Program-made: the position numbers and the translations under genes
Shown: piece after piece, positions 10,001-19,138 of the stretch
Numbering within the stretch: the first letter of the stretch is position 1
Layout: each line of letters begins with the position of its first letter
From: Candidatus Poribacteria bacterium
Lineage (GTDB): Bacteria; Poribacteria; WGA-4E; WGA-3G
Length of the DNA: 64,000 bases
Assembly: GCA_965215265.1 (NCBI GenBank)
Contig: OZ244048.1
Span: 2,176,001 to 2,240,000, forward strand
Direction: 5' to 3'
The notes under the pieces: model-generated
The model's database searches: none
What the model was told of the DNA's origin: nothing
Seen by the model: the letters and a program-made list of their open reading frames with translations, nothing else

Positions 10001-10643
10001 AAGACTCCGCGTCATTGAAGAATTTACCGACCTCGGCTCCGGTTTTAAAATCGCACTCCGAGACCTAGAAATCCGTGGAACAGGCAATATCCTCGGCGCA
10101 GAACAGCACGGACACATCGTTACAATCGGCTATGAACTTTACTGCAAACTCCTTGAAGAAGCCGTTCAGAAGTTGAAAGGCGAAACGGTCGAGGAGAATA
10201 TTGAAACGCGCATCAACCTACCTATTGAAGCTTACTTGCCAGACGACTACGTACCAGATAGCCGCCAAAAGGTGGCGGTTTACCGAAAAATTGCCGCCTT
10301 AAAAAACGAAGAAGCCTTACAAGAACTTCGCGCTGAACTAAACGATCGATACGGTGCTATTCCTGAACCCGCTCAGATGCTTCTCGCTGTCGCCAGTCTC
10401 AAGCAGCTTTGTCAAAAACTCAGCATTACCGCAATCGTGGCGGGGAAAGCACAGATAAAAGTCACTTTTGACGAGCACAAACCACGAATTAACATCGAAC
10501 GGCTACTTGAGGACATCCGCAAAGATGATAAACTTCGGCTCCTTCCGCCAGCACAACTTATGATTCGCATGCCGAACGGAACAACCGGAGAGAAAATGCT
10601 TACTGAATTACAACAAACCCTAACACAGTTTGTTAAAACATAG
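7011..10643 (+). CDS. mfd: transcription-repair coupling factor
   Basis: GEFAFRGDILD, CarD/RID region (GDHVVHVSHG), GDVGYGKTEVA, DEEHRFGV, QLRGRVGR and the TRCF C-terminal domain. Confidence 0.97.
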   Translation: MIELLRHTQNYQKLSTALKHREELTWLRGLPNASTAYLLAVLIDDFPNKSFLIVLPSQQEAEQVHAEIQTYWTYSLPNSDAMDTSTQTQKPLPAHPHMTLFPGWQSQLFDGIPPSKNTAVQRMQTLQTLLQARERSVVVTNARTLTYKLPPRSTLATAFCELQLGDEAEPDDVIEMLLCGGYQQVELVEVKGEFAFRGDILDVYPSTLDTPVRIEFFGDEVEAIRAFEPMSQRSTEQLDAVTLPPMREILARHISLEHWHLQTDQIIQEYATPQLIHRINELTQHLKEATCEPTIRRTHTTDNFTAAPPMFDWIEAFLPLLYPKTEALIDYLPDDTCVVLIEPHWQKREAAQMLEQMHELFQKNLAESKLMVPPDKMFVPFEELQTQLKQYPLLCASLAPPRDISASEKTQLHFDMKPLGLPRGSYQMVIDHIKTWTDEGYQVYVFCETPQQAKRVSEILAEREADSEISEHAIHANHTDFTASNPYRLNRLFVTVGTITEGFLNESLNIVVISEEEIFGNRHQRRIRPKRPKDGTPVLSLIDLKIGDHVVHVSHGIAVYGGIQRLDFNGKLQDFLVLKYSNDDVLYVPNYQVELVQKYISSNDETYKPRLDRLGGPAWRNRKNRVKASIEKMADELLELYAARQARKGYSFPDEVPWQTEFEALFPYQETDDQFQAIEDVKADMEAEQPMDRLICGDVGYGKTEVALRAAFKAVMAERQVAVLVPTTILALQHYDTFEKRFKPFPVHVEMLNRFRTPKQIKQVKAGLADGTVDIVIGTHSLLAKTVEFSNLGLLIVDEEHRFGVRHKEKIKKFKETIDVLTLTATPIPRTLHMSLVGIRDFSVINTPPANRLPIQTYVMPYNTDVIRTAILQELSRSGQVFFVHNRVRSIQSIAKRLEQLVPEARIAVAHGQMPERELETIMLEFVRHKHDILVCTMIIESGLDISNVNTILINRADALGLAQLYQLRGRVGRAEAQAYGYMFYPENQVITEGAQKRLRVIEEFTDLGSGFKIALRDLEIRGTGNILGAEQHGHIVTIGYELYCKLLEEAVQKLKGETVEENIETRINLPIEAYLPDDYVPDSRQKVAVYRKIAALKNEEALQELRAELNDRYGAIPEPAQMLLAVASLKQLCQKLSITAIVAGKAQIKVTFDEHKPRINIERLLEDIRKDDKLRLLPPAQLMIRMPNGTTGEKMLTELQQTLTQFVKT

Positions 10644-10748
10644 CAAGCTTGTAGAAGCGCAATTCATTCTCTGCCTCTCCACGCTTGCATCTTTAAACCA
10701 TCGGAGCACTGTGAAAAGCACAGAGTCTTTCTCATAGCTCTCCATTTC

Positions 10749-10839
10749 TGATTACCACAGCAGCCTAAATCGGCTCTGACGAGATTTGTATAGGTATTAT
10801 GAAAGCAGCAGCCTTTTATAATGCTTCAGGAGACAAAAA
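10749..10839 (+). repeat. family-I repeat unit with partial core
   Basis: GGCTCTGACGAGATTT...GCAGCAGCCTT...AGACAAAAA; near-identical to 13057-13147. Confidence 0.85.
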
Positions 10840-10953
10840 TATGTAGCCGCGAGCTGATGCTCGCGATTCTTAATCGGAGATTCGCAGGAAAAGGTATTGA
10901 CCTAAAGGTTAATTAATACCTTACCTGCGAACTTGAACCACAAAAAAGGAACT

Positions 10954-12000
10954 ATGAATATGAAAAAAACGATTACTATTTTGAGCATCGTCGCCATAAC
11001 TTGCCTGTTGACATGGCGATTTGTTCAGTCCGATAGCCATGTTGGAATTGGGCCGGTGGAAGCCACAGAAGAGCATTCTGCAAACCAGACATCTACAGAC
11101 GATGAGAATCTACAGATTGTGGCTGAATTTAAATGGAACGGCCAACGTCATCAAATTTCTCTCGCAGACTTGAACGCCGCAATAGCAGAACTGCCGGTTT
11201 ACCGCCAGCAAAACTATGAAAACCGGGCGGACAAAGCCGAATACTTAGAAGAACTGATAGAGGAACGCCTCAAAATCCTACGTGCTACTGACGAAGGGTT
11301 TGATAAACTACCAGAACACCTCAAAAAGTTAGATGACTATACCCATCAACTCATGTTGGAAAAACTGACCGAAATTGAAGTAGACCAGAAAATCGTCTAC
11401 ACCGATGACGAACTCATGGCACACTATGAGGAAAACATAAGCGAGTACATTGAAGACGCTAAAGTCCGAGCAACCTGCATCAGCCTCGACGATGAAGACC
11501 TGGCCAACGAAACGTTAGATGCAATTATAGCAGGCAAAGACATCGTAGAAATGGCAAATGAACTCTTTCAGGCAGGCAAATTAGCCAACGGCCCCGGAAC
11601 CAATCGCGATGAACCCGGGAACACATATCTCTTTACAAAGGCAGTCTCTCCACGCTGGGAGGAATTCATCAACGCCACATTCGCCCAAGAAATTGGCGAA
11701 ATCACCGATACCGTCTTTGAGACCGAGGTCAACGAGCAAACATTCTATCTTATTTTCAGAAAAGAGGAACACCACCCCGAACGCCAGATGGAATTCGACG
11801 AGGTTAAAGACGATATCATACGCGACATCGAACGCAACAAGAAGCAGCTGCGCATAAACGAGTGGTTAGAAGAAATTTATGAACGCGGGAAACTGAAGAC
11901 CTACCCTGAGAATATTCCTACTCCCTCAGAACCAGCGGAAGAGGAAAATCAAACTCAAGAGCATCCCTCAGATACCAAACAAGGAGAAAACGAGAATTGA
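10954..12000 (+). CDS. PrsA/PpiC-like periplasmic peptidylprolyl isomerase/chaperone
   Basis: Signal/anchor; SurA-N-like helices; degenerate parvulin domain (KVRATCI...F.NATF....GEI...FDEVK..I). Start chosen at the ATG after the AAGGA RBS. Confidence 0.7.
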   Translation: MNMKKTITILSIVAITCLLTWRFVQSDSHVGIGPVEATEEHSANQTSTDDENLQIVAEFKWNGQRHQISLADLNAAIAELPVYRQQNYENRADKAEYLEELIEERLKILRATDEGFDKLPEHLKKLDDYTHQLMLEKLTEIEVDQKIVYTDDELMAHYEENISEYIEDAKVRATCISLDDEDLANETLDAIIAGKDIVEMANELFQAGKLANGPGTNRDEPGNTYLFTKAVSPRWEEFINATFAQEIGEITDTVFETEVNEQTFYLIFRKEEHHPERQMEFDEVKDDIIRDIERNKKQLRINEWLEEIYERGKLKTYPENIPTPSEPAEEENQTQEHPSDTKQGENEN

Positions 12001-13049
12001 AAACTTTAATCACAACGTTAACACACGCACGTGCCGCCCAGAACAGCCTCGCATATCTGAGCCTATTCGCGATTATTGTGACACTACCCCTATTCTATGC
12101 ATGCGGCGACAAAGCCATCGGAGCAGACGGAACTGTCATTGCTGAATTTGAATGGAACGGGAAGCACAAAATCACACTCGAAGAGATGATGCAGGAAATT
12201 AGTGAGCTCCCTGAATACAAACAACGCAAATATCAGGACAAAGAGGGACTCGAAACCTACATGCTCCTCATGGCAGAGAGCCGGCTCATCCTCAACCTCG
12301 CACGCGATATGCAACTCCAAGAAGATCCCGAAATCCTCAAAAAGGTTCAGGACTATCTTCATGAGCTAATGGTAAAGAAAATTACCACCCAGGAAGTTGA
12401 TGACAAACTCTCTTTGAGTGAAGCGGATTATATCAGCTATTACGAGGCACATAAGCAAGACTACATCCGTCCAGCACAAGTCCGACTCCTATGTATCACC
12501 CTGCTCAACAAGGAGCGCGCTGAGGAAGTCTTCGCGGAAATCAACGCAGGCAAAGACATCGCTGAAGCTGCACAGGAACTCTCCGATAGAGGCGAGCTCG
12601 TCGGACCAGGCGCAAACCCCGCAGCACCCGGCGATACCGACTACATTGGTAGAAGCGCCTTTCCATCAGGCACAGAACCTTTCTTGGATGCAGCATTCTC
12701 CGCTGAAATCGGAACATTCCACGACAAGATAGTTGAAGTTGACGTGCAAGGACAGAAATACTACATGATCTTCCGAAAAGACGAAGCACGCGATGAATAC
12801 CAAAAACCTTTTGAGGAAGAAGATGTACGCAAAAATGTCGTCCGAAAGGCTGAACGCGAAAAACGACAAGCACTCATGAAAGAGTGGATCGCCAGCCTCA
12901 GGGAACGCGCTGAAGTCATCACATACATTGACCGCATCCCTGAAGCACAAAACGAAGAAGCACCTGCCGAAACCGAACCTGAGGCACAACCCGAACAAAC
13001 GCCTGAGGCACAACCCGAACAAACGCCTGAGGACAATCAACCTGAATAA
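11997..13049 (+). CDS. PrsA/PpiC-like peptidylprolyl isomerase/chaperone, lipoprotein (paralog of the upstream gene)
   Basis: Lipobox-like YACG; shares AEF.WNG..ITL and the parvulin-like region; C-terminal 24-bp repeats encoding PEAQPEQT. Confidence 0.7.
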   Translation: MKTLITTLTHARAAQNSLAYLSLFAIIVTLPLFYACGDKAIGADGTVIAEFEWNGKHKITLEEMMQEISELPEYKQRKYQDKEGLETYMLLMAESRLILNLARDMQLQEDPEILKKVQDYLHELMVKKITTQEVDDKLSLSEADYISYYEAHKQDYIRPAQVRLLCITLLNKERAEEVFAEINAGKDIAEAAQELSDRGELVGPGANPAAPGDTDYIGRSAFPSGTEPFLDAAFSAEIGTFHDKIVEVDVQGQKYYMIFRKDEARDEYQKPFEEEDVRKNVVRKAEREKRQALMKEWIASLRERAEVITYIDRIPEAQNEEAPAETEPEAQPEQTPEAQPEQTPEDNQPE

Positions 13050-13056
13050 CCAATTT

Positions 13057-13303
13057 TGATTACCACAGCAGCCTAAATCGGCTCTGACGAGATTTGTATA
13101 GGTATTATGAAAGCAGCAGCCTTTTATAGTACTTCAGGAGACAAAAAGTTGTAAAGTGTCTAAAGTTACTACACAAGACTTTAGACACTTTACAGCCCTT
13201 TAAACTTGAAGGAACCACGTTATGCTATGCCTAATGCGTCTCCGACGAGATTTACACTGTCATTAACAAAGCATAAAGCGTGATGGTACGGAGATATACA
13301 AAA
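13057..13303 (+). repeat. family-I locus: two units separated by a hairpin
   Basis: Units start at 13088 and 13246 (CGAGATTT); hairpin TGTAAAGTGTCTAAAGT/ACTTTAGACACTTTACA at about 13150-13194. Confidence 0.85.
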
Positions 13304-13307
13304 CACC

Positions 13308-14591
13308 ATGAAATGCAAAATCGGGGCTTATCTCTTGCTAACTCTGATGTTTATCAGCACGGGGACAGCACGCACTTTTGACACCATCATCGCCTACGTC
13401 AACGATGATGTCATTACACAACGCGAACTTGATACCTTAGTCAAACAACGCGCCATGGAACTCCAACAGATGTACCGTTTCACTGAACGAGAGGCACTTC
13501 AGGAAGCCGAGCGGCAACGCCCAGAACTCCTTGATAGGCTCATCCGCCAAATGCTCCTCCTTGAAGCAGCACTCACCTTGAAAGTCAACGTGACATCTGT
13601 AGAAGTTGAACAATACATCCAAGACTTTAAAAAGAGATACCAGATTAAGACAGATGAGGAACTTCAAAAACAGTTGAATCGCGAAGGACTCACCCTCATC
13701 GGGTTTCGGGAACAGACAGAACGCAACCTCAAAGCAGAGAAGTTAGTCATGGGCAGAATTATACCACGACTCCAGATTCGCGACAGTGAAGTCCAAAAAT
13801 TTTTTGAAGAGAATCGGGACCAACTCCCAACTAAATCAGATAAGGTCCGATTCCGGCACATCTTTGTCGCTTTCAAACCGACGCAGACGGAACGTGACAC
13901 CGCACTGCATAAAATTCACACCGCACGAAACGACATCGAAAAAGAACCAGCGCAGTTTGAACGCATCGCACGGCAAGAAATCGACGACTCCAACAACTCT
14001 CAAGTCGGCATACTCATAGAAGCTAGCCCCGAAGAGCTCAAAGAGTTCCCCGAAAACTTTCAAAATGCGCTAACCAATCTCAACGCTGGTGAATTTAGTG
14101 AACCCATCCAAGGAAACGAAGGGCTCTATCTCTTCAAAGTAGAAACAAAAACTGACACGCTCATCGCGTTTCGCTATCTCATCGTTCCGATTAAGTTGAC
14201 TGAAGAAGCGAAACTTGAAGCACGGCTGCACGCCGCCAAAATTTTTACAAAATTGGAGGAAGGACAACACTTCAACACCCTCGCCGCTGAACATTCCGAC
14301 GATACGGAAACACGCGAAGACGGCGGCGACCTTGGCGTCCGCTCCCTGATTGAAATCAATCCAAAAACACGCAGAATCGTTGAAGCCCTCGAAGAAGGGA
14401 CTTACAGTCAACCTTTTGAAACCGATTCCGGAATCCACATTTTTAAACTAGATGAACGAAATACACCCGAACTGAGCGAGGCCGAGAAAAAGCAGATTAT
14501 CTCTATACTCCGCCAGCAGCGCTTTCAGGAAGAATGGGATGCATATACCGATAGCCTCCTCGAAAACGCTTACGTCAAAATAAAACCGTAG
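13308..14591 (+). CDS. surA: SurA-like periplasmic chaperone/PPIase
   Basis: DTIIAYVNDDVITQREL SurA N-terminus, two parvulin domains (RFRHIF; LAAEHSDD...GGDLG), AYVKI C-terminus. Confidence 0.85.
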   Translation: MKCKIGAYLLLTLMFISTGTARTFDTIIAYVNDDVITQRELDTLVKQRAMELQQMYRFTEREALQEAERQRPELLDRLIRQMLLLEAALTLKVNVTSVEVEQYIQDFKKRYQIKTDEELQKQLNREGLTLIGFREQTERNLKAEKLVMGRIIPRLQIRDSEVQKFFEENRDQLPTKSDKVRFRHIFVAFKPTQTERDTALHKIHTARNDIEKEPAQFERIARQEIDDSNNSQVGILIEASPEELKEFPENFQNALTNLNAGEFSEPIQGNEGLYLFKVETKTDTLIAFRYLIVPIKLTEEAKLEARLHAAKIFTKLEEGQHFNTLAAEHSDDTETREDGGDLGVRSLIEINPKTRRIVEALEEGTYSQPFETDSGIHIFKLDERNTPELSEAEKKQIISILRQQRFQEEWDAYTDSLLENAYVKIKP

Positions 14592-14680
14592 AAGCAATCT
14601 CCAACTCGCTACGCCTTTTCCACAATGAAAAAATACACACCTTTTTTTCATCCTGTTTCTCCTCAGGAGGGGGACGCACT

Positions 14681-17600
14681 TTGAACTTTCAAGACGCGCC
14701 GGCAAGCGGCGAACGAAAACCTAAATTTTGGGACACTTGCGCAGCTGCCATAATCGCACTACTCGCAATCCCGTACCTCCACTCTCCGGCAGCACCCGCG
14801 CATCCCGCTCTTAACGCACGGCTCATCGCTCAAACACCCCCGCCGGAACAGACAGAGACACCCACTGAGCCCCAAGAAGAAACAGACGAAAAAGAAAATG
14901 CCCCTACATTCAATCCAGAGCAGGAGACACCTGACTCCGGGTTTGTCATCGGCGACGGAGACGAGATGGTGATGCACGAGAATCTCGTACAAATCCATGG
15001 AAACGCTCTCGTCAAATTTGGGGATATCACTTTGCGGGCAGACCACGTCTGGGCCGATTTCACCGAAAACGTCAATTTAATCCGCGCATCCGGGAACGTA
15101 CATCTCATCACCGGCGACGAGGAGACATTCTCTGATGAACTCGTCTTTAACCTCGAAACCAAAAAGGGCATCGCACGAAACGGCTTTACCTACAGCGACC
15201 CCTGGTACTTCGGCGGGAGTGAAATCTTTAAAATTGAAGATAAGACATCTTACGTCCGAAGTGCTAGCTTGACAACCTGTTCCCTCAAATATCCACACTA
15301 CTATTTTAGCGTCTCACGCGTTATCATACGAGTCAACGACGAGCTCATCGCCAAAAATATCATACTCCGCATCGGAGGCTTCCCACTCTTCTATTTTCCA
15401 GCCATCCGACGCGATCTGCAGAAGGGAAAAATCGCTAAAATTATTGTCAAAGTCGGAACCGATAGCTACCAAGGCCCTTATATCAGTATCATTCAACCTG
15501 TCGCACGCAAAAGACGCTACGATGGCGCACTCCTCTACGATAGAAGTGCACGCAGAGGACACGGCTTCGGGCTTGAAACAAAATATCGATTCAATGATAC
15601 ACAATTCCAAGAAATTTATATCCCTATTCCACCCGACCTAACCGCCGCGCAACGCTCAAAATTGGAGGATAAAGCCAAAGAGATACGCGAACGGCTCGAA
15701 GGCAAATACAACCGATATTGGCTAAAGCAAATTTTCCTACCTTATGAAATTACGGATGCTGACTTCAAACGCGCGAAAGAGAACGCTGAAGAACTGCATA
15801 ATCAACTTGTCCAAGAAAACGCAGATTTCGCACAACTCGCACAGCAGCATTCTAGCCACGAAACTCGATACGAAGGGGGCGACTTAGGGTTCATCACATT
15901 CGGAGAACTGATTGAGGACACAGAAAAATCAACGCCTGCCTCTAAAAACACAGATAAAAATACCGAAACACCGCAAACCCAATCCGGATCAGAAGACGCA
16001 GCACAAACAGACGACGATACGCCGCAATCCGATGATAAACCACCACAAACAGACGACGATGCACCGCAATCCGATGATGAACCACCACAAACAGACGACG
16101 ATACGCCGCAATCCGATGATGAACCACCACAAACAGACGACGATACGCCGCAATCCGGATCAGAAGACGCAGTGCAGCCCATTGGGACACCCAAACTCGA
16201 CCCGATTTTAGAAACAGCAGCATTTCAACTAGAGGAAGGCCAAATCAGTCAGGTTTTAAAGACTGAATCCGCTTTTCACATCCTCAAAATCGAACGGGCC
16301 CTTGATGTATACGGAGAACGCGAAATACAGGTCCGACGGATTGATATTAACATTGAACCCAGCGACGAAACACGGCAGAAAATACGCGAAACCGCAAATC
16401 AAATTTATCAACGTGCACACGAAGGCGAACCCTTGGAAAAACTTGCCGAAGAATTCGACGAAGCCGCTTTATCAGAAATCAACCAAGGCAAAGGACTCCC
16501 ACTCAATCAAATGGAGTCCGGATGGCAATATTCTGTCAGAAGGTTAGAGAAGCCCGGCGAAATCATACAACGCCGGCCAGTTTCCGCACCAGAGGGGTTA
16601 TACATCTTCCAATTAATTAAAAAAGAAGAGACTCCCTCCTTTGAACAACTCGCTCAAGAATTTGAATTGGAATGGGAAACCTTCCAACAAGAGGTCATGC
16701 GTTCAACCGAAGAAGAGAAACAGGAAAACGCAGAAAAAAACCAAACAGCCGCAGCTGCCGAACCTCTACAAGCTAAAAGTATAGCACCGCAACAAAAGAA
16801 AAAAACAGAAGAAAAAAACGGAACACCTACACAACTAGACGAGCAGCCGGACGCGGAGAGTGAGAACACAACCCAAGAAGAAGATGAAGAAGATGAAGAA
16901 GATGAAGCAGCAGCAGCAGAGCAGGGTGTCTATCGAAAACACGGATTTCGCGGACAGTGGGAAGATCCCCGCATGGTCGCAGCCGAAGCACGCAGTTTGT
17001 ACACCGGCGAATTCAGTCGTGTCGTAAAAACAAAAAAAGCGATCCGCCTTATTAAGGTCGATCGAAAACGCACTTACCGCGGGGATTTCTACTTCTACGG
17101 CAAAGATGCATACTCCTTCGACAGGCAGAACGCAACTCGTATCGGCAGAACATGGATATCCCGATGGGGACACACGCAAGCTATCTATACACCCTGGGAT
17201 AATCGCCAAGAAGGACGCCGCCCTATCAACTTTACCGGACGCCTCGAATGGCGCGCCCGAAACTACAAAGAAGAACTCCGACTCCCCGGAGAATCCACAC
17301 TCAAATCGTTTGGACTCCTTAACTACGGCTCCGCATTCACCACATGGTCTACTCAAGATGTCGATGAAAACAATAATCTCAAATTCTCAATGGAAACTAT
17401 CGGAGATTTCGCAGGACGACTCGAAATCCGACATATCTATGATTTCACCCAACAAGGCACTACATCTTTACAAAAACTCCCACAACTCTCCTTAAACTTT
17501 TCACGGATGCGGTTTAGCCAACTGCCTCTCTTTCGAACCATTAACTCCGGGTTAGTCTACCTCTCCGAAAAAGCCCAAAGCGACAAACCTTTTCTCTCAC

Positions 17601-18754
17601 TACTCTCTGTACCAACATTAGATAACACCAGCTTCGATCTGGACATGGAATTCGGAAATTTCTTTAGACAAATCTATAAAGGCAAAAACGAGGAAGAGAG
17701 AGATGTCTTCCTGCAGACGCTTGACTTCGGTTTTGACCTGCGCAAACAGGCAACCTTACTCATTACCCCGCTGCGCGAATTGGTAACCAACATCAATCTG
17801 AATACAAACTTTATCTGGCACGACCGGGACCAGGACAAAAACAGGAACATTATCCGCGGCGTTTATAGTTTCAACGGCTCCGCCACAAATACACTCTTCC
17901 GTGTCTACAATATTAGTTTCATCCCACGGGCACGTAAACTACGGCACGAGATGCAATCATCACTCCGGTTTGATTACCAACCCCCTGTTGATCGGAACGA
18001 TAATCTCTATCCCTTCGGCCCCAGCACCTATTTCTACGAACGGAAAAGGATCGTCTATAACTTCAACACGAACATCGAAATTAAGACACAGCGCAGCCAA
18101 TCCCCACATCGTATCTTCCATTTTGACACCCGACTCACTGCCGACTTTACCAAATTCGACCCGCTAAACAGACGCAAATATGAACCGATCGAGAGTGATT
18201 TCACTATCATACCGCTCCCCAATCGCAGCCTGAACATGACCGTCCGACTCACCCACGACCCCAATCCACACCCAGAGGACGGTACCATGTTCAAAGTTGT
18301 CGGAATCCGTTCCAACATCCGATACACACGACAGAAGTGGAATGTCAGCATCGGAAACTCCTTTAGCAAACGGCACACCGCCATTCGAGCATCACGCTCC
18401 ATCACCGCCAATGGCAGATACCGATTTAACGAGAACCTCGATTTCGATTTCAACCTCATCTTTTATCCGATCGACAGGGACTTCTACTCACAACGCATTA
18501 GTATCAATCGGAACTTACACGATTGGAACTTGCGCGTCTCTTGGAGCCGCATCGGCATTAAACGCGGGCCGCCACCCCATAACAACGTCCGACAAGATTT
18601 CACTTTTCAGATTAGCTTAATTCCAGAACCAGCAGTCTCAATGGGCATCGGCTACGATGCCACTACCGAAACATGGGGACTCCGTACCTTACCCGCCGGC
18701 GCACCTTACAACGCTTTCGGGGTAGGAAATGCACTCGGACGTTCTTACTTCTAA
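14681..18754 (+). CDS. lptD: LPS-assembly protein LptD with inserted parvulin (PPIase) domains
   Basis: OstA-like N-domain (GNA.V...ITLRAD...A.GNV...FNLETKKG...LTTC....PHY...IGGFPLFYFP), barrel strands ending RNLHDW...DFTFQISL, and internal FAQLAQQHS...GGDLG...AAFQLEEGQISQV. Confidence 0.85.
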   Translation: MNFQDAPASGERKPKFWDTCAAAIIALLAIPYLHSPAAPAHPALNARLIAQTPPPEQTETPTEPQEETDEKENAPTFNPEQETPDSGFVIGDGDEMVMHENLVQIHGNALVKFGDITLRADHVWADFTENVNLIRASGNVHLITGDEETFSDELVFNLETKKGIARNGFTYSDPWYFGGSEIFKIEDKTSYVRSASLTTCSLKYPHYYFSVSRVIIRVNDELIAKNIILRIGGFPLFYFPAIRRDLQKGKIAKIIVKVGTDSYQGPYISIIQPVARKRRYDGALLYDRSARRGHGFGLETKYRFNDTQFQEIYIPIPPDLTAAQRSKLEDKAKEIRERLEGKYNRYWLKQIFLPYEITDADFKRAKENAEELHNQLVQENADFAQLAQQHSSHETRYEGGDLGFITFGELIEDTEKSTPASKNTDKNTETPQTQSGSEDAAQTDDDTPQSDDKPPQTDDDAPQSDDEPPQTDDDTPQSDDEPPQTDDDTPQSGSEDAVQPIGTPKLDPILETAAFQLEEGQISQVLKTESAFHILKIERALDVYGEREIQVRRIDINIEPSDETRQKIRETANQIYQRAHEGEPLEKLAEEFDEAALSEINQGKGLPLNQMESGWQYSVRRLEKPGEIIQRRPVSAPEGLYIFQLIKKEETPSFEQLAQEFELEWETFQQEVMRSTEEEKQENAEKNQTAAAAEPLQAKSIAPQQKKKTEEKNGTPTQLDEQPDAESENTTQEEDEEDEEDEAAAAEQGVYRKHGFRGQWEDPRMVAAEARSLYTGEFSRVVKTKKAIRLIKVDRKRTYRGDFYFYGKDAYSFDRQNATRIGRTWISRWGHTQAIYTPWDNRQEGRRPINFTGRLEWRARNYKEELRLPGESTLKSFGLLNYGSAFTTWSTQDVDENNNLKFSMETIGDFAGRLEIRHIYDFTQQGTTSLQKLPQLSLNFSRMRFSQLPLFRTINSGLVYLSEKAQSDKPFLSLLSVPTLDNTSFDLDMEFGNFFRQIYKGKNEEERDVFLQTLDFGFDLRKQATLLITPLRELVTNINLNTNFIWHDRDQDKNRNIIRGVYSFNGSATNTLFRVYNISFIPRARKLRHEMQSSLRFDYQPPVDRNDNLYPFGPSTYFYERKRIVYNFNTNIEIKTQRSQSPHRIFHFDTRLTADFTKFDPLNRRKYEPIESDFTIIPLPNRSLNMTVRLTHDPNPHPEDGTMFKVVGIRSNIRYTRQKWNVSIGNSFSKRHTAIRASRSITANGRYRFNENLDFDFNLIFYPIDRDFYSQRISINRNLHDWNLRVSWSRIGIKRGPPPHNNVRQDFTFQISLIPEPAVSMGIGYDATTETWGLRTLPAGAPYNAFGVGNALGRSYF
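15979..16172 (+). repeat. 42-bp in-frame tandem repeat (QTDDDTPQSDDEPP) inside lptD
   Basis: About 3.5 units of CAAACAGACGACGATACGCCGCAATCCGATGATGAACCACCA, bracketed by two CAATCCGGATCAGAAGACGCAG copies. Confidence 0.9.
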
Positions 18755-18762
18755 CATTATTA

Positions 18763-18908
18763 AATTGAAGACTCATAACCTAGAATGGCTCCCACTGGGA
18801 GCCTACTTAGGCATAGTCTTTTGAAGTCAAAGCATCAGAAGGCTCCGACGAGATTTGTAAAGGGTTTAACATTGCAGCAGCCTTGTATCGGGCTCCTGTA
18901 GACGAAAA
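18763..18908 (+). repeat. family-I locus (core plus one unit)
   Basis: GGAGCC...GGCTCCGACGAGATTTGTAAAGGG...GGGCTCCTGTAGACGAAAA. Confidence 0.85.
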
Positions 18909-19100
18909 GGCGATTTCAAGCAACTGAGCGCGGTTTTATATGAATGGAGAATCTACTACAGCACTGGATACCGGGTTTATTTCGGCGTTTTCCGCACCAC
19001 AGCTATTCTGCTTTGTGGCGGAACTAAACGCACACAACAGCAAGACATTGCCAGAACACAAAACTATTGGAACGACTTCTTAGTACACAGGAAGGAACAA
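18909..19100 (+). pseudogene. addiction-module killer toxin (RelE/HigB-like, HI1419/TIGR02683-type), 5'-truncated
   Basis: Frame from 18909 reads GDFKQLSAVLYEWRIYYSTGYRVYFG...ILLCGGTKRTQQQDIARTQNYWNDF. No start codon; it abuts the repeat. Confidence 0.75.
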
Positions 19101-19138
19101 GGACAACAAATACCGAAACGAGGCTTCAGAGGCGCACA

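Noticed and set aside
13286-13310. Repeat-supplied RBS (GGAG) for surA
   Set aside because: About 14 nt from the ATG, too far to support with confidence.
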